Of a stretch of DNA of 64,000 nucleotides, positions 26,188 through 36,066 are shown in pieces. Position 1 is the first letter of the stretch, and each line of letters begins with the position of its first letter. The notes beneath the pieces were generated by a model, which saw only the letters and a program-made list of their open reading frames with translations, was not told where the DNA came from and searched no databases. Made by a program: the position numbers and the translations under genes. The stretch is from Bdellovibrionia bacterium (GTDB lineage Bacteria > Bdellovibrionota > UBA1018), in NCBI GenBank assembly GCA_040399745.1, contig JBBARP010000001.1, positions 106,617-170,616 on the forward strand, written 5' to 3'.

Positions 26188-27471
26188 ATGATCGGAGCTT
26201 TAGACAGGCGACATCGAGAAGTAACGGTGATCGGCGCTGGCATTGCTGGCTTGATTGCCGCTTATCGCTTAGACCGACTCGGTTTTGAGGTCACGCTTTT
26301 GGATTCAGCCCAACGAGCGGGCGGTGTGATTCAGACCTACGTCACACCCTTTGGGCCTGCTGAGGCTGCCGTTCACTCAGTTTTAGCAAGCCCTGCGGTC
26401 GTCGATTTTTTCGAGGACCTCGGGGTTCCGGTGGTGGGGGTAGATCCTGCCTCGCGTGCTCGGTTCATTTGGCGCAACGGAAAGATGCGAAAAATGCCGC
26501 TTGGACCCTGGGAAGCCATCGGTGCAGGCGCGCGCGCTTTCTTTCGAAAGGCGCCCGAGGCCTCTCCCAGTGGTCTTGGGAGCGAGTCGGCAACACTCGA
26601 AGAGTTTGCGCTTCATCACCTCGGAAAAGCGGCCCTTGATTATGGTCTCAATCCGTTTTTGCGCGGCATTTACGCAGCGAGACCGTCTGAGATTTCACTT
26701 CGTGCAGCTTTTCCAGGCCTTGAAGTTTCGCCTGGGCGCACGTTTGCAAGCGAGATGCGTCAGAAGAGGAGCACTCGCCGTGGCCCGCGTCCCTTGATGG
26801 TCACCGCTCGAGATGGAATGGAGAGCTTGGTTCGAGCGCTCGAGAAGCGCTTGCGTGAGCGCCTTGGCTCCCGTTTTCAAGTCGGTGTGCGATTGGATCA
26901 GCTTCCCGATGCTCCCAACGTCGTGGTGTGTACTCCTGCGGGACGCGCAGCCGCTTTGTTGGCTTCCCCATCCCCCGACGCAGCTCGCGCACTCGAAGCG
27001 GTTCAGTATGCTCCGCTCGTGAGTGTCACCGCTTTTGCGCGATCTGAGAAATTCCTCCAGGGTGCTCCTCGAGGCGTGGGCGTCTTGGTGCCAGAGAATC
27101 AAAGGGACCGGAAGTGCCTAGGGATTCTTTTTAACTCGAGCGCGTTTCCGGGTCGTGTCAGTTCACCCGATCTTTCTTCATTCACCGTGATGCTCGGAGG
27201 GAGTTCCGCTCCCGAGTGGGCTCAAAAAAGTGAAGATGAGATTCGCGAAACCGTCACGGCTGAGCTTCAAGCCATGCTGGGCCTTCAGTGCCAGCCCGAG
27301 TACCAACAGGTAACCTGCTGGGAGCGTGCGATTCCGGTCTACGCGCCGTCTTTGTTGTCCGTGTGGAAGGCTTTGCGCGCGACGCTTGGTCAGCGTCCGG
27401 GCCGGGTGCTTTTCGGAAATTACACGGGCCAAGTCAGCGTTCGAGGATTGATCGAAACGCCTTGGATTTGA
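26188..27471 (+). CDS. hemY: Protoporphyrinogen oxidase (HemY/HemG FAD type)
   Basis: VIGAGIAGL FAD-binding motif, GIYA, LGILFNS..FP.R, W..AIP.Y; last gene of the hem cluster. Confidence 0.85.
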   Translation: MIGALDRRHREVTVIGAGIAGLIAAYRLDRLGFEVTLLDSAQRAGGVIQTYVTPFGPAEAAVHSVLASPAVVDFFEDLGVPVVGVDPASRARFIWRNGKMRKMPLGPWEAIGAGARAFFRKAPEASPSGLGSESATLEEFALHHLGKAALDYGLNPFLRGIYAARPSEISLRAAFPGLEVSPGRTFASEMRQKRSTRRGPRPLMVTARDGMESLVRALEKRLRERLGSRFQVGVRLDQLPDAPNVVVCTPAGRAAALLASPSPDAARALEAVQYAPLVSVTAFARSEKFLQGAPRGVGVLVPENQRDRKCLGILFNSSAFPGRVSSPDLSSFTVMLGGSSAPEWAQKSEDEIRETVTAELQAMLGLQCQPEYQQVTCWERAIPVYAPSLLSVWKALRATLGQRPGRVLFGNYTGQVSVRGLIETPWI

Positions 27472-27486
27472 AAATCACGCTCCTTC

Positions 27487-27538
27487 AAAAGCAAACCGGG
27501 CACCTCCCAGTGGAAGATGCCCGGTCTCAGTGCTTTTT
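27487..27538. terminator. Bidirectional intrinsic terminator
   Basis: AAAAGCA..ACCGGGCA / TGCCCGGT..TGCTTTT inverted repeat between convergent genes. Confidence 0.65.
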
Positions 27539-27553
27539 CTTGGAGTCGCTGAA

Positions 27554-28771
27554 TTAGCGGTACAAGAACATCAGAGTGTCCAACCAGCCCGTGTCGCCAT
27601 GGAATCTCATGGCGCGGTACTTGTCGTCGTAGGCGTTCAGACTGTAGCTGGAATCAGGCAGCCAGATCGAAACGCCGTGGGACAAGCGGTAGGATTGGCT
27701 CGTCTTGTTGGTCAGGATGAACTTCGCGGCTGCATCACGAACTGCGGTGATCGCGTTGCGGTCCAGTCCTTTGATCGATTTGCGCTCGAGCTGATCGATG
27801 AAGTCGATCAAATCGCCGTAATCCGCGTAGGCGTAGCTTTGCGTGTCGCGAAGAGCGAGCATCGCTTTGCCTGCTTCGGTCGGTGCCAAGGTCATCAGGT
27901 TGATTCCCAGATCGCGGATCGCAGCGTTCAAGGCGCCTTGAGCCGTGAGATTATAGGAAGAGAACGTGATGCCGTTTGAAGAGCCTTGGCTGCCGCCCGA
28001 GTACGATTTCACGTAAGCGTCGGTCAGCATCGAAGCCACTTGAGCGGGAGTTGCCGTTTGGTCTTTGCTCCAAGCGGTCAGGAGGTCGTCATACGGCCAG
28101 CCGTCGCCCGGCTCGGTTTCTTGCGAACCCATGAACACGTCGACGGAGTCCTTCATCTCGTTGGAAACTTCAGCCATGGCCATCAGGCAGGCGTCCGATC
28201 CGTAGAGATCCACTTTACGACCCAGCGACTGCGAGATAGCCGCCATCGCCTGACCGAGTTGAGGAGTGGTGATGAAGTTTCCGCTGATATCGTCCCAGCT
28301 GATGTCGCTCGGAGTGATTCCGGCAGCGAGAGCGCGCTTGGAGGTGCGGTGCCAGCCACCGCCATGGTTCCAGACGTCCACGAAGTAGCGCTTGGCGGGA
28401 TAATTTTTGATGCCCCACTGAACGAACTCGACGAGGTTTTTCCAGTCACCCATGTCGACCGTTCCCATGTCCTGAAGGACAGGAGAATTGACGACGCTGG
28501 TGTTCGTGTCTTTCTTCACGTACACGCGCTTCACTTGGCGGGTCGAGAGGCTGGCCCATTGGACCACCACGTTGATCTGGTCCGTGCTTCCCACGCGCTC
28601 CATTTCATTGATGTCCTCGGCGCCGAAGCGGTCGAGATTGTTGTTCCCGTTCAGGAAGACGAGCATCGTCCATTCCTTCACAGGCTTGATTGAGGTATCG
28701 GCAAAAGACAGAGCTGGCGAAGCCAGACCTGCAAGAGCCACGAGAGCAAGGAACGGCGCGAACGGACGCAT
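27554..28771 (-). CDS. Secreted clostripain-related cysteine peptidase (C11)
   Basis: Signal peptide, WT..VFLNGNNNL, WNHGGGW (His), DACLMA (Cys), SQETEPG.GW.Y; AGGAGG ribosome-binding site. Confidence 0.9.
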   Translation of the reverse strand: MRPFAPFLALVALAGLASPALSFADTSIKPVKEWTMLVFLNGNNNLDRFGAEDINEMERVGSTDQINVVVQWASLSTRQVKRVYVKKDTNTSVVNSPVLQDMGTVDMGDWKNLVEFVQWGIKNYPAKRYFVDVWNHGGGWHRTSKRALAAGITPSDISWDDISGNFITTPQLGQAMAAISQSLGRKVDLYGSDACLMAMAEVSNEMKDSVDVFMGSQETEPGDGWPYDDLLTAWSKDQTATPAQVASMLTDAYVKSYSGGSQGSSNGITFSSYNLTAQGALNAAIRDLGINLMTLAPTEAGKAMLALRDTQSYAYADYGDLIDFIDQLERKSIKGLDRNAITAVRDAAAKFILTNKTSQSYRLSHGVSIWLPDSSYSLNAYDDKYRAMRFHGDTGWLDTLMFLYR

Positions 28772-28877
28772 GGGATCTCCTCCTTGAGATGGGAGCGAAC
28801 GTTTTCACTTCAGGGGTCAGATCAGAATAGCTGATCGCTTCCCAGTGACAAACGGCGCTTTTTTTGCCGGGTGCGAG

Positions 28878-28920
28878 TTTCTCGCGAGTCAGTCCAATTG
28901 TCGGACTCACTCGCGAGAAA
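28878..28920. terminator. Long hairpin (possible terminator or processing site)
   Basis: TTTCTCGCGAGT-C-AGTCC-AATTGTC-GGACT-C-ACTCGCGAGAAA. Confidence 0.5.
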
Positions 28921-28936
28921 TCTCCGGAAACAGAGG

Positions 28937-29563
28937 TCAGAGTTTTGACGAACTCAGAACTCGGCTCACCGCGGGGATGTCCTTGTTCACGAGAGCAAGA
29001 AATCCGCCATGATTCCCTGAAGCATCTTCACACACCAAGGAGATGTTCCCGACGCGAGTGCCGGAAGAGTAGAAACGGAAGGTGGCCACCGTTTCTTTGC
29101 AGCCCAATTGAGCTGGGACAAAGACCCCGAAAGCGCCGTTGCCGAAGTAGACGGCCACATCCGAGAATCGCGCGGGCAACTGAAGAGCCAGGCCGGGAAG
29201 GGCGCCGGCTGCAACTCCCGGAAGAGGGCGGCCACCCGGAAGAGTGGTGGGATCAAAGAGCGAGCCACCGCTCGCATTCAAGACGTCGCTTGCTGCCAAG
29301 GCGACGACCAGCAAAGTTCCGTTACTTTGAAAGTCCGGTCCGATCTCGGCATAGCTGTTAGGCAAGCGACGAGCATCAAGTGGGTAGCGGCCGCCGGCAT
29401 CGAGCGGGATCGAAGGAAAGGCGACCGAGAGAAGGAAATAGCCGTCTACGAAGCTTGAAGAATATTTCACGCCCGGAATGGGAGGGTTCTTCGAGCTACC
29501 TTTTCCGCAGCCGCTCAGGCCTAAGGCCAGGCAGCTCAGGGATACGAGGACGAACTTCTTCAT
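28937..29563 (-). CDS. Hypothetical lipoprotein (paralogue 2)
   Basis: MKKFVLVSLSCLALGLSGC lipobox; LPGGRPLPGVAAGALP. Confidence 0.75.
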   Translation of the reverse strand: MKKFVLVSLSCLALGLSGCGKGSSKNPPIPGVKYSSSFVDGYFLLSVAFPSIPLDAGGRYPLDARRLPNSYAEIGPDFQSNGTLLVVALAASDVLNASGGSLFDPTTLPGGRPLPGVAAGALPGLALQLPARFSDVAVYFGNGAFGVFVPAQLGCKETVATFRFYSSGTRVGNISLVCEDASGNHGGFLALVNKDIPAVSRVLSSSKL

Positions 29564-29598
29564 GGATCGGAATCGATTGTGTGCTTTGGACATGGAAA

Positions 29599-30201
29599 TC
29601 ACTTCTCCTGCAGGTTTGAATTTCCACCGGATACGGGAAGCAGGATCAGGATGCCGGAGCCCTCTCCGTTTGCGCCGGGTGGAACGGCGTGGCCTTTGCC
29701 AATGCGGTTTCCGCGCTCGTCTTCGATGTTGATCGAGCGCAGGAAAGTGAGAAAAAGCCCACTCGCCGTGCGAAGCGGGATGGGAAGGAAAAACCCGACG
29801 ACGTCCGCTCCCAAATAGAGAGTCAGGTCGAGGCCGGTGACCCGCTCGGTAGTGCGCGGAAGGACGCCGCCCGAGATTCCAGGCAAGGCTCGACCGTCGG
29901 GGAGGCCGCCTCGGGGGAGTCCCGCGCTCGCGTTTCCGGCCAGTCCTGCCAAGGGCAGAGTGAGCTGAAAGAGCGTGCCGGAGCCTTGCAGGTTGGGGGC
30001 GCAGCCGAGAGTGGCGCCCGCGAGGCCGGGGATCGGGAGGCTCGCGCATCCGTCGAGATTCAGCGAAGTCGCCAAGAAGCTGACGCTCAAGTGGCCGGCG
30101 CGGGCTTGGGCGCGGAAGTGCTCGAGCCCAGGCACGCGCTTACCTGCGCCGCAGCCTGAAAGAGCAATTCCGAGCATCATGAACAAACTCCACCGTCCCA
30201 A
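29599..30201 (-). CDS. Hypothetical lipoprotein (paralogue 1)
   Basis: IALSGC lipobox; LPDGRALPGISGGVLP; start uncertain. Confidence 0.72.
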   Translation of the reverse strand: MGRWSLFMMLGIALSGCGAGKRVPGLEHFRAQARAGHLSVSFLATSLNLDGCASLPIPGLAGATLGCAPNLQGSGTLFQLTLPLAGLAGNASAGLPRGGLPDGRALPGISGGVLPRTTERVTGLDLTLYLGADVVGFFLPIPLRTASGLFLTFLRSINIEDERGNRIGKGHAVPPGANGEGSGILILLPVSGGNSNLQEK

Positions 30202-30274
30202 ACTTGACCCCCTATTGTTAAGGCACCTTCATAATTACAGACGGCGTATGACGCATCAAGTCAAAAATAGAAAA

Positions 30275-31420
30275 TTAAATAATCCTTGGAAAAGCAGGGG
30301 CTTCAGACTGCCTGCCCTCAAAGTACGCCTTGAGTTTCAGACGGGGACATCCCGGGGCTTCCAGAAAGTGCCTGACCGAGGTGAGCTCCTCTCTTCTTCG
30401 AACGCTTTGCCCCAAGGTCCAGTTCATCAATGAGAAGTCCTCACTGGCCCACAGGACCAGTGCTTGGGCCTTTTCGTTGGGGTCCCGTGCCACGCGGCCA
30501 ATCATCTGAGCCAGACTCAGAAGCGACGGGGGCGTTTGCCAGAGAACCACCCACCTGAGGTGCGACTGATCCATTCCCATCCCAAAGGCGGAAGTGGCGA
30601 TCAGGACCGCGCGACTGTCCGTGCGGATTCTGGCCTCGAGAGCTCGCCTTTCTTCTGCGCTGTGGCCTGCGTGATAGATCAGCGGGGTCAATCCTCGCGC
30701 TCTCAGGATTTTTTCCAATCGGTAAGTCGACTCGCGCGTCAGAGTAAAAATAATTCCGGCGCGGTTTGCTTCGTTCTGCGCCAAAAACTTCACCAAAGCT
30801 TCGGCTCGCTCGGGCCACCGAACGCGTCTCAATTCCAGCTGAAGCTGCGGGGGCAACTCGAATGAGCCGATCTCGCGAACGGGCGCGGGGAGGCGCTCCT
30901 TCAACTCCTGCCTAGCAGAGGGGGGCAAAGTGGCGGTGAGCCAAAGGCTTCTTTGAATGCGTCCTGCTGAATCGCGGATCAGTTCAGGCAAGAGCTGAAA
31001 GCTAGGACGAAAGTGCTCACCCCAGTCCCAAAGGCAGTGGCACTCATCGACTACGAGAAAATCCGGACGCCAGGTTTTGAGGGTGGCTTGCACTTTTTGA
31101 GTGAGGAGGCTCTCCGGACTCAGAATCCAAACCTGCGACTCCCCGTCGGGCCGTTCGCTCTCGCCTCCAATCCCGAGAGCTGTTCTCAGGCCTGCTGCCC
31201 GAAGTCTCTGCGCTTGCTGGCGGGCCAGCGCCACCAGAGGCGAAACTAAAAGCATACGCCGGCCTAGTGCAGCCGCAGCACGCTCATAGATCAGGCTTTT
31301 TCCAGCTCCGGTGTGAGCCACCGCAATGAGGTGGCCGGGAGCTTCGAGCGCTGAAAGGGCTTCCTTTTGGAACGGGCGAAGCGTGAAGGATCTCGAGTCG
31401 ATCGACATATCCAAGCGCAC
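30275..31420 (-). CDS. Short RecQ-like DEAH helicase
   Basis: LRPFQ, TGAGKS, SPL.AL, VVDECHC..DWG..FRP, LTAT, YHAG, ATSAFGMG.D. Confidence 0.85.
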   Translation of the reverse strand: MRLDMSIDSRSFTLRPFQKEALSALEAPGHLIAVAHTGAGKSLIYERAAAALGRRMLLVSPLVALARQQAQRLRAAGLRTALGIGGESERPDGESQVWILSPESLLTQKVQATLKTWRPDFLVVDECHCLWDWGEHFRPSFQLLPELIRDSAGRIQRSLWLTATLPPSARQELKERLPAPVREIGSFELPPQLQLELRRVRWPERAEALVKFLAQNEANRAGIIFTLTRESTYRLEKILRARGLTPLIYHAGHSAEERRALEARIRTDSRAVLIATSAFGMGMDQSHLRWVVLWQTPPSLLSLAQMIGRVARDPNEKAQALVLWASEDFSLMNWTLGQSVRRREELTSVRHFLEAPGCPRLKLKAYFEGRQSEAPAFPRII

Positions 31421-31451
31421 GCCTGTGCTTGGACTGTGCCAATCTCAGCGA

Positions 31452-32441
31452 CTATTCCTTTACGCCCCCTGGGATTGGGCTTGGACCGCTTCCCCGAGTG
31501 CGCAGGTAAATTAGGCCACCCACAGCGCCGATCGCAAACGCCATCAGAGCGTTTAGGCTAAACACATCGCCGCCGCGCTGACTTCCTAGGAACCCAAACA
31601 AGAAAGCAAAAGCCGCATGCCCGGTGCCGACTCCAGCTGGAAATACGGGAACCGCCGTCACCAGAAGGCCTAGGGGAACTACGACGAAAACGGAAAGAGG
31701 CGAAAGAGTGGAATCGCCCAGGGCGAGTGTGAATAAAAGGCAGGCCGTACTCATCAGGAGTTGAATCAAGATGGAGACCGCCAAGGACCTCGCCACCACC
31801 CAGCGATGCTCACGGTAGGTGCGAACGCCTAGGTAGGTTCTTTCCAGAGCGCCGAGCTTTTCAAAGCGACCGCTCAGCTTTTCGAGGAGCCTTAAAAGCA
31901 GATCGTGTTCGGGCCGAACGCCGAAAAGGTAAGCGTAAAAGGCGATAAATCCGAAAGCTCCCAAAATGACGGGAACCCGAATGACGCGCAAAAGTGGAGA
32001 ACCCGCCAAAGCTCCTAGGTCGAGTGTCAGTGCAGAAGCCGCAACAATCAGAAGCGCCGAAAGACCCACGACTCGGTCAAAGAGGATGCTCCCAAATGCT
32101 TTGGCTCGAACTCCAGGAGCTTCGCGCGCGACGTAAAACGCTTTCACGAAATCTCCGGAAACTGCCCCAGGAAGCGCGACGTTAAAGAAACTTCCCACCA
32201 GGCTCAGGCGCAGCGTCTGGCCGAAGGGTAGATCAATCCCTTGAGCCTTCAGTAACCACTGCCAGCGAAGGGGGCCCAAAAGTGTTGAAACGGTAATAGC
32301 GAGCACCGCAAGCGCCATGGTTTCTTTCTGAAGAAACGCGCTTCGAGTGGCCTCTAAAGAAAGCAGGCCCTTCGAGGCAAGGAACGCAAGAAGCGCCGAG
32401 AAAAGCGCAAACTTGAGAAAGAGGATGAGCGCTTTTTTCAT
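31452..32441 (-). CDS. Lysylphosphatidylglycerol-synthase-TM (flippase-like) membrane protein
   Basis: RWQWLL, FFN.ALPG..GGD-like (VSGD), DRVVGL, P..PAGVG. Confidence 0.85.
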   Translation of the reverse strand: MKKALILFLKFALFSALLAFLASKGLLSLEATRSAFLQKETMALAVLAITVSTLLGPLRWQWLLKAQGIDLPFGQTLRLSLVGSFFNVALPGAVSGDFVKAFYVAREAPGVRAKAFGSILFDRVVGLSALLIVAASALTLDLGALAGSPLLRVIRVPVILGAFGFIAFYAYLFGVRPEHDLLLRLLEKLSGRFEKLGALERTYLGVRTYREHRWVVARSLAVSILIQLLMSTACLLFTLALGDSTLSPLSVFVVVPLGLLVTAVPVFPAGVGTGHAAFAFLFGFLGSQRGGDVFSLNALMAFAIGAVGGLIYLRTRGSGPSPIPGGVKE

Positions 32442-33130
32442 TGAGCGCCTTGGGTCAGGAAGTTCGAGAAAATCTTTGCTCCCACCTCGGCGGTGAAAAG
32501 CTTGTCGCCTGAGTCGGCATTCAAAAGCTTCTTGGGCTCGCCTTGGAGGCGCTTATTTCTGAGTTCCACATTGGCCTCATGAAGCGTCTTTTCAGGATGA
32601 AACTGAATTCCCCAAATGGGCTTTCCTGAAACGGCAAACGCTTGAACTTGGCAAATTTCAGAATAAGCCAAGCGCTTCATTCCGGGCGCGAGTTCACAAA
32701 CTTCATCGTAATGAGACGAATACGAATGGAAGGTGCGGGGAAGGCCCGAGAAAAGCGGATCGGTCTCGGAAACTTGAATCTCGGTCCAACCGAACTCGGG
32801 CTCAGCCGCTCGTCGCACAGCAGACTTTCCGCCCAAAGTGCGTGCAATCATTTGGTGGCCGTAGCAGACGCCCAAGACCGGTGTCCCGCGGTCGACCCAA
32901 AGATTGAGCGCCGCTTGCAAGCGCTCGATCCACGGGGCGTCGTCGTTGGCCGAAGTGACCGAGCCCGAGACAATCACGCGGTCGTAGTGGGTGAGGCGCG
33001 TGGGCAGATCTTCCTGAGGCGCGCGTCTCACTTCCACGGTGGCGCCGGGCACAGCGGCTGCAAATCGCGCTAAGTCTTGAGCGCCCCAATAGGGCTTCCG
33101 AATATTGTTATCGACGACCAGAATCCGCAT
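32438..33130 (-). CDS. Class I glutamine amidotransferase
   Basis: PVLGVCYGHQ, GIQFHPE. Confidence 0.9.
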   Translation of the reverse strand: MRILVVDNNIRKPYWGAQDLARFAAAVPGATVEVRRAPQEDLPTRLTHYDRVIVSGSVTSANDDAPWIERLQAALNLWVDRGTPVLGVCYGHQMIARTLGGKSAVRRAAEPEFGWTEIQVSETDPLFSGLPRTFHSYSSHYDEVCELAPGMKRLAYSEICQVQAFAVSGKPIWGIQFHPEKTLHEANVELRNKRLQGEPKKLLNADSGDKLFTAEVGAKIFSNFLTQGAQ

Positions 33131-33893
33131 CGGGGATCTTTCCTTTGGAGTCGTAAAAATAAGCGTATTTCAAAAACATGCTGTGAGCTGCATTCACCGA
33201 GATGATGAAGCCGGCCATGCCGTCGAGGAAACCCCGTTTGAGCAGGTAGGTTTCAATGAACTTACCCCAAGGCTTCAAAAGAAGCTTCACGAGCGAGGCC
33301 GGAGCCCCCTGCTTCAGAAGGTCTTGGTAACCGAGTCGTGAAAATTTGAGATTCGTTCGGATCTGATCTTCGATGCAGCCAAACGTGTAGTGAAGGAGCG
33401 GGTGATCGAGCGTGCCGACCGGGCCTTCGACCCGCCATTCCTCATGGACTTTGGGTTCGGTCCACCGAGAGCGGCTTTTCCGCGCGAGTCGCACCAAATG
33501 ATTCGGATACCAGCCGCCATGAAGAATCCAGCGGCCCAGGTACCAGGTTTTTCGGGGCAACCGGAAGGCATCTAGGCCCTGATTCTTCGCTTGTTCCAGC
33601 GTGGCTTCGATTTCAGCCCGCAGGGCTGGGCTCACTTCTTCGTCGGCGTCGAGATTCAGAACCCAGTCATGGGTGGCTTGATCTTGAGCGAAATTCTTTT
33701 GCTGGCCGTAACCCTCCCAGGCGCGCGAAAACACGCGGGCCCCGGCCAAGCGAGCGATCTCGCACGTTCGGTCGGTCGATCCGGAATCGATGACGACAAT
33801 TTCGTCCGCCCACGCGACGCTAGCGAGCGCCCGCGGGAGGTTGGCCTCTTCATTCAGGGTGATCAGAGTGACCGTCAGTGCCGGACGTGCCAT
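33108..33893 (-). CDS. Glycosyltransferase family 2 (LPS core beta-glucosyltransferase-like)
   Basis: IT.NEE, DSGSTD.T, GYG.QKN, LDADE, GFLDG..G. Confidence 0.9.
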   Translation of the reverse strand: MARPALTVTLITLNEEANLPRALASVAWADEIVVIDSGSTDRTCEIARLAGARVFSRAWEGYGQQKNFAQDQATHDWVLNLDADEEVSPALRAEIEATLEQAKNQGLDAFRLPRKTWYLGRWILHGGWYPNHLVRLARKSRSRWTEPKVHEEWRVEGPVGTLDHPLLHYTFGCIEDQIRTNLKFSRLGYQDLLKQGAPASLVKLLLKPWGKFIETYLLKRGFLDGMAGFIISVNAAHSMFLKYAYFYDSKGKIPDADSGRR

Positions 33894-33945
33894 GGAAGGT
33901 TTTGGACTAGCACAGAAACCACTTTTCTGGGAACAATCCCGGACC

Positions 33946-35247
33946 ATGAGAATTGCAGTCATTGGAACAGGTTACGTCGGTCTGGTCGCTGGGGCGTGCT
34001 TCGCCGATACGGGTAACCAAGTGTACTGCGTGGATATTGATCCCAATAAAGTCGACTCTTTGAAGCGCGGGGAAATCCCGATCTTTGAGCCGGGCCTGGA
34101 CACTTTGGTGAGGCGCGGGATTCAAGAGGGGCGCCTCAAATTCACCACCTCGACCCCCGAAGCGGTGCAGGCCTGCGAGATTGTTTTCGTCGCGGTCGGC
34201 ACTCCGTCGCTCCCTTCGGGTGAGCCTGACTTACGTTATTTGCAAACCGCCGCCGAAGAGATCGGCAGCTCCATGCCCGGGCCAAGGATTGTGGTGAACA
34301 AGTCCACGGTCCCGGTCGGATCGCACCGCTGGGTCACGGAGTGGATTCAAGCCCACACGAACTATCCGGTTGAAGTGGTTTCAAATCCTGAATTTCTGAA
34401 GGAAGGTTCGGCTGTCGATGATTTCCTTCGTCCCGACCGGGTGGTCATCGGGACGGAAAAGCAGGAAGTTTACGAAAAAATGGCGGCGCTTTATGCCCCC
34501 TTTGTTCGCCAGGGCAATCCAGTCCTTTGGATGGATCCGACTTCCGCGGAAGTAACGAAGTACGCTTGTAACTCTTTCTTAGCGACGCGCATTTCCTTCA
34601 TGAACGAGATGGCACGCCTTTGCGAAAAAGTAGGCGCCGACGTCGAAGAAGTACGCCGTGGAATGAGCACGGACGTTCGAATTGGAAAGCACTTCTTGTA
34701 TGCCGGCGTAGGTTACGGTGGATCGTGTTTTCCGAAAGACGTTCAGGCCCTTCTCAGCACTTCGCGGCGCGAAGGCGTTCGCCTAGGCGTGATCGAAGCG
34801 GCGGAAGAAGCTAACGTGCTTCAAAAGCGATATCTGGTGGACCGAATTCGTGCCCGCTTGGGCAAGAATCTGAACGGGAAATTGTTCGGGGTTTGGGGGC
34901 TAGCCTTTAAGCCCAATACCGACGACATGCGAGAAGCGCCTGCCCTGACTATCATTGATGAGCTGCTTCTTTCGGGCGCCAAAGTTCGCGTTTTTGATCC
35001 GGTAGCGATGCCCAATGCTCGAAAAATTTTGGGTCAGCGGGTCGAGTTCTGTCAGAACGCTTTGGATGCGGCCGATGGGGTGGACGCTTTGATTTTGGCT
35101 ACCGAGTGGAACGAGTTTCGTCACATTGATTTCGAAGCGCTGAAAAAGCGCATGAAATCGCCGGTGATTTATGATGGCAGGAACCTCTGGAACCCGGAGG
35201 AAATCCGGGAACTCGGGTTCGAGTACTCAGGCATCGGAAGGCCTTAA
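33946..35247 (+). CDS. ugd: UDP-glucose 6-dehydrogenase
   Basis: GTGYVG, KSTVPVG, SNPEFLKEG, GYGGSCFPKD, GLAFKPNTDD.R. Confidence 0.95.
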   Translation: MRIAVIGTGYVGLVAGACFADTGNQVYCVDIDPNKVDSLKRGEIPIFEPGLDTLVRRGIQEGRLKFTTSTPEAVQACEIVFVAVGTPSLPSGEPDLRYLQTAAEEIGSSMPGPRIVVNKSTVPVGSHRWVTEWIQAHTNYPVEVVSNPEFLKEGSAVDDFLRPDRVVIGTEKQEVYEKMAALYAPFVRQGNPVLWMDPTSAEVTKYACNSFLATRISFMNEMARLCEKVGADVEEVRRGMSTDVRIGKHFLYAGVGYGGSCFPKDVQALLSTSRREGVRLGVIEAAEEANVLQKRYLVDRIRARLGKNLNGKLFGVWGLAFKPNTDDMREAPALTIIDELLLSGAKVRVFDPVAMPNARKILGQRVEFCQNALDAADGVDALILATEWNEFRHIDFEALKKRMKSPVIYDGRNLWNPEEIRELGFEYSGIGRP

Positions 35248-36065
35248 TTGAGCCCGCGTTCGCAGCGAACTCGACCCGTGCGCTGAACTGCCTCGAGGAG
35301 TGAGTCATTCGAGGGCGTGAAAGCGCGCCGCGGGTGCCACACGTGGTACTGAAGCGCGAATCCCTTCATGGACTGAATGCGAAGGCCGTAGTTTTTGAGC
35401 CGAAGTTCCAGGTCCGTGTCTTCTCGCCCGTAGCCCTCATAGGCTTCGTCAAAGCCGTTGAGCTCTTCGAGGATTTTTCGAGGGACCGAGTAATTGCAGC
35501 CCTTCAAATCCACGATTCGCTCCATACCGAGAGCGCGCCTGAGCCAAGGGGTTTCTACTCGGATGGTGCGCTGTAAGTGCTCGCTGTCATTCGTCAGCGT
35601 GCTCCAGATCAGGCGCGGTTGCGGCCAATCGAAAAAGCCCTGGGAAACGAACTGCGGAGTGAGCCACTCGCTGATCTTCGGGCCGAGTTCCATTCGGCGT
35701 CCGGCTAAGTAAAAGCCCGCACGCTGCTTTTCCACATGGTCGCGAATGAAGTGGCGATGGGGAACGCAGTCGCCGTCGAGAAAAACGCTGATCTCGCCTG
35801 ATGCGTTTCGCAGGGCCTCATTCAGGATTCGGCACTTTCGGAAGCCCTTTTGTTCTTGCCAGAAGTGGCGAGTGGGAAGGCCAGAGTTCTTTGCGAATGT
35901 TTCGATGATTTTGCGAGTCTCCTCGCCCGAACCGTCGTCGCAAATCAGCACTTCGAAATCGCGAAAGCTCTGGCGCGCTACGCCCGCAAGGACCAGCTCC
36001 AGGTGCTTGGGCATCTCGTAGGTGCTGAGAAAAAGCGAGGCTTTGGGCTGGGAGGAAATCGTCAT
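35244..36065 (-). CDS. Glycosyltransferase family 2 (with GT7C-like C-terminus)
   Basis: DDGS, FLDGDC, GCNYS, NGFDE.Y.GYG.ED, H.WH. Confidence 0.88.
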   Translation of the reverse strand: MTISSQPKASLFLSTYEMPKHLELVLAGVARQSFRDFEVLICDDGSGEETRKIIETFAKNSGLPTRHFWQEQKGFRKCRILNEALRNASGEISVFLDGDCVPHRHFIRDHVEKQRAGFYLAGRRMELGPKISEWLTPQFVSQGFFDWPQPRLIWSTLTNDSEHLQRTIRVETPWLRRALGMERIVDLKGCNYSVPRKILEELNGFDEAYEGYGREDTDLELRLKNYGLRIQSMKGFALQYHVWHPRRAFTPSNDSLLEAVQRTGRVRCERGLN

Positions 36066-36066
36066 C

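Noticed and set aside
28772..28936. Possible riboswitch in the clostripain leader
   Set aside because: Only a single hairpin; I could not recognise any riboswitch consensus.
29564..30049. Arg-rich N-terminal extension of the 370-aa ORF
   Set aside because: Out-of-frame overlap with the upstream lipoprotein gene; the lipobox defines a start near 29563.
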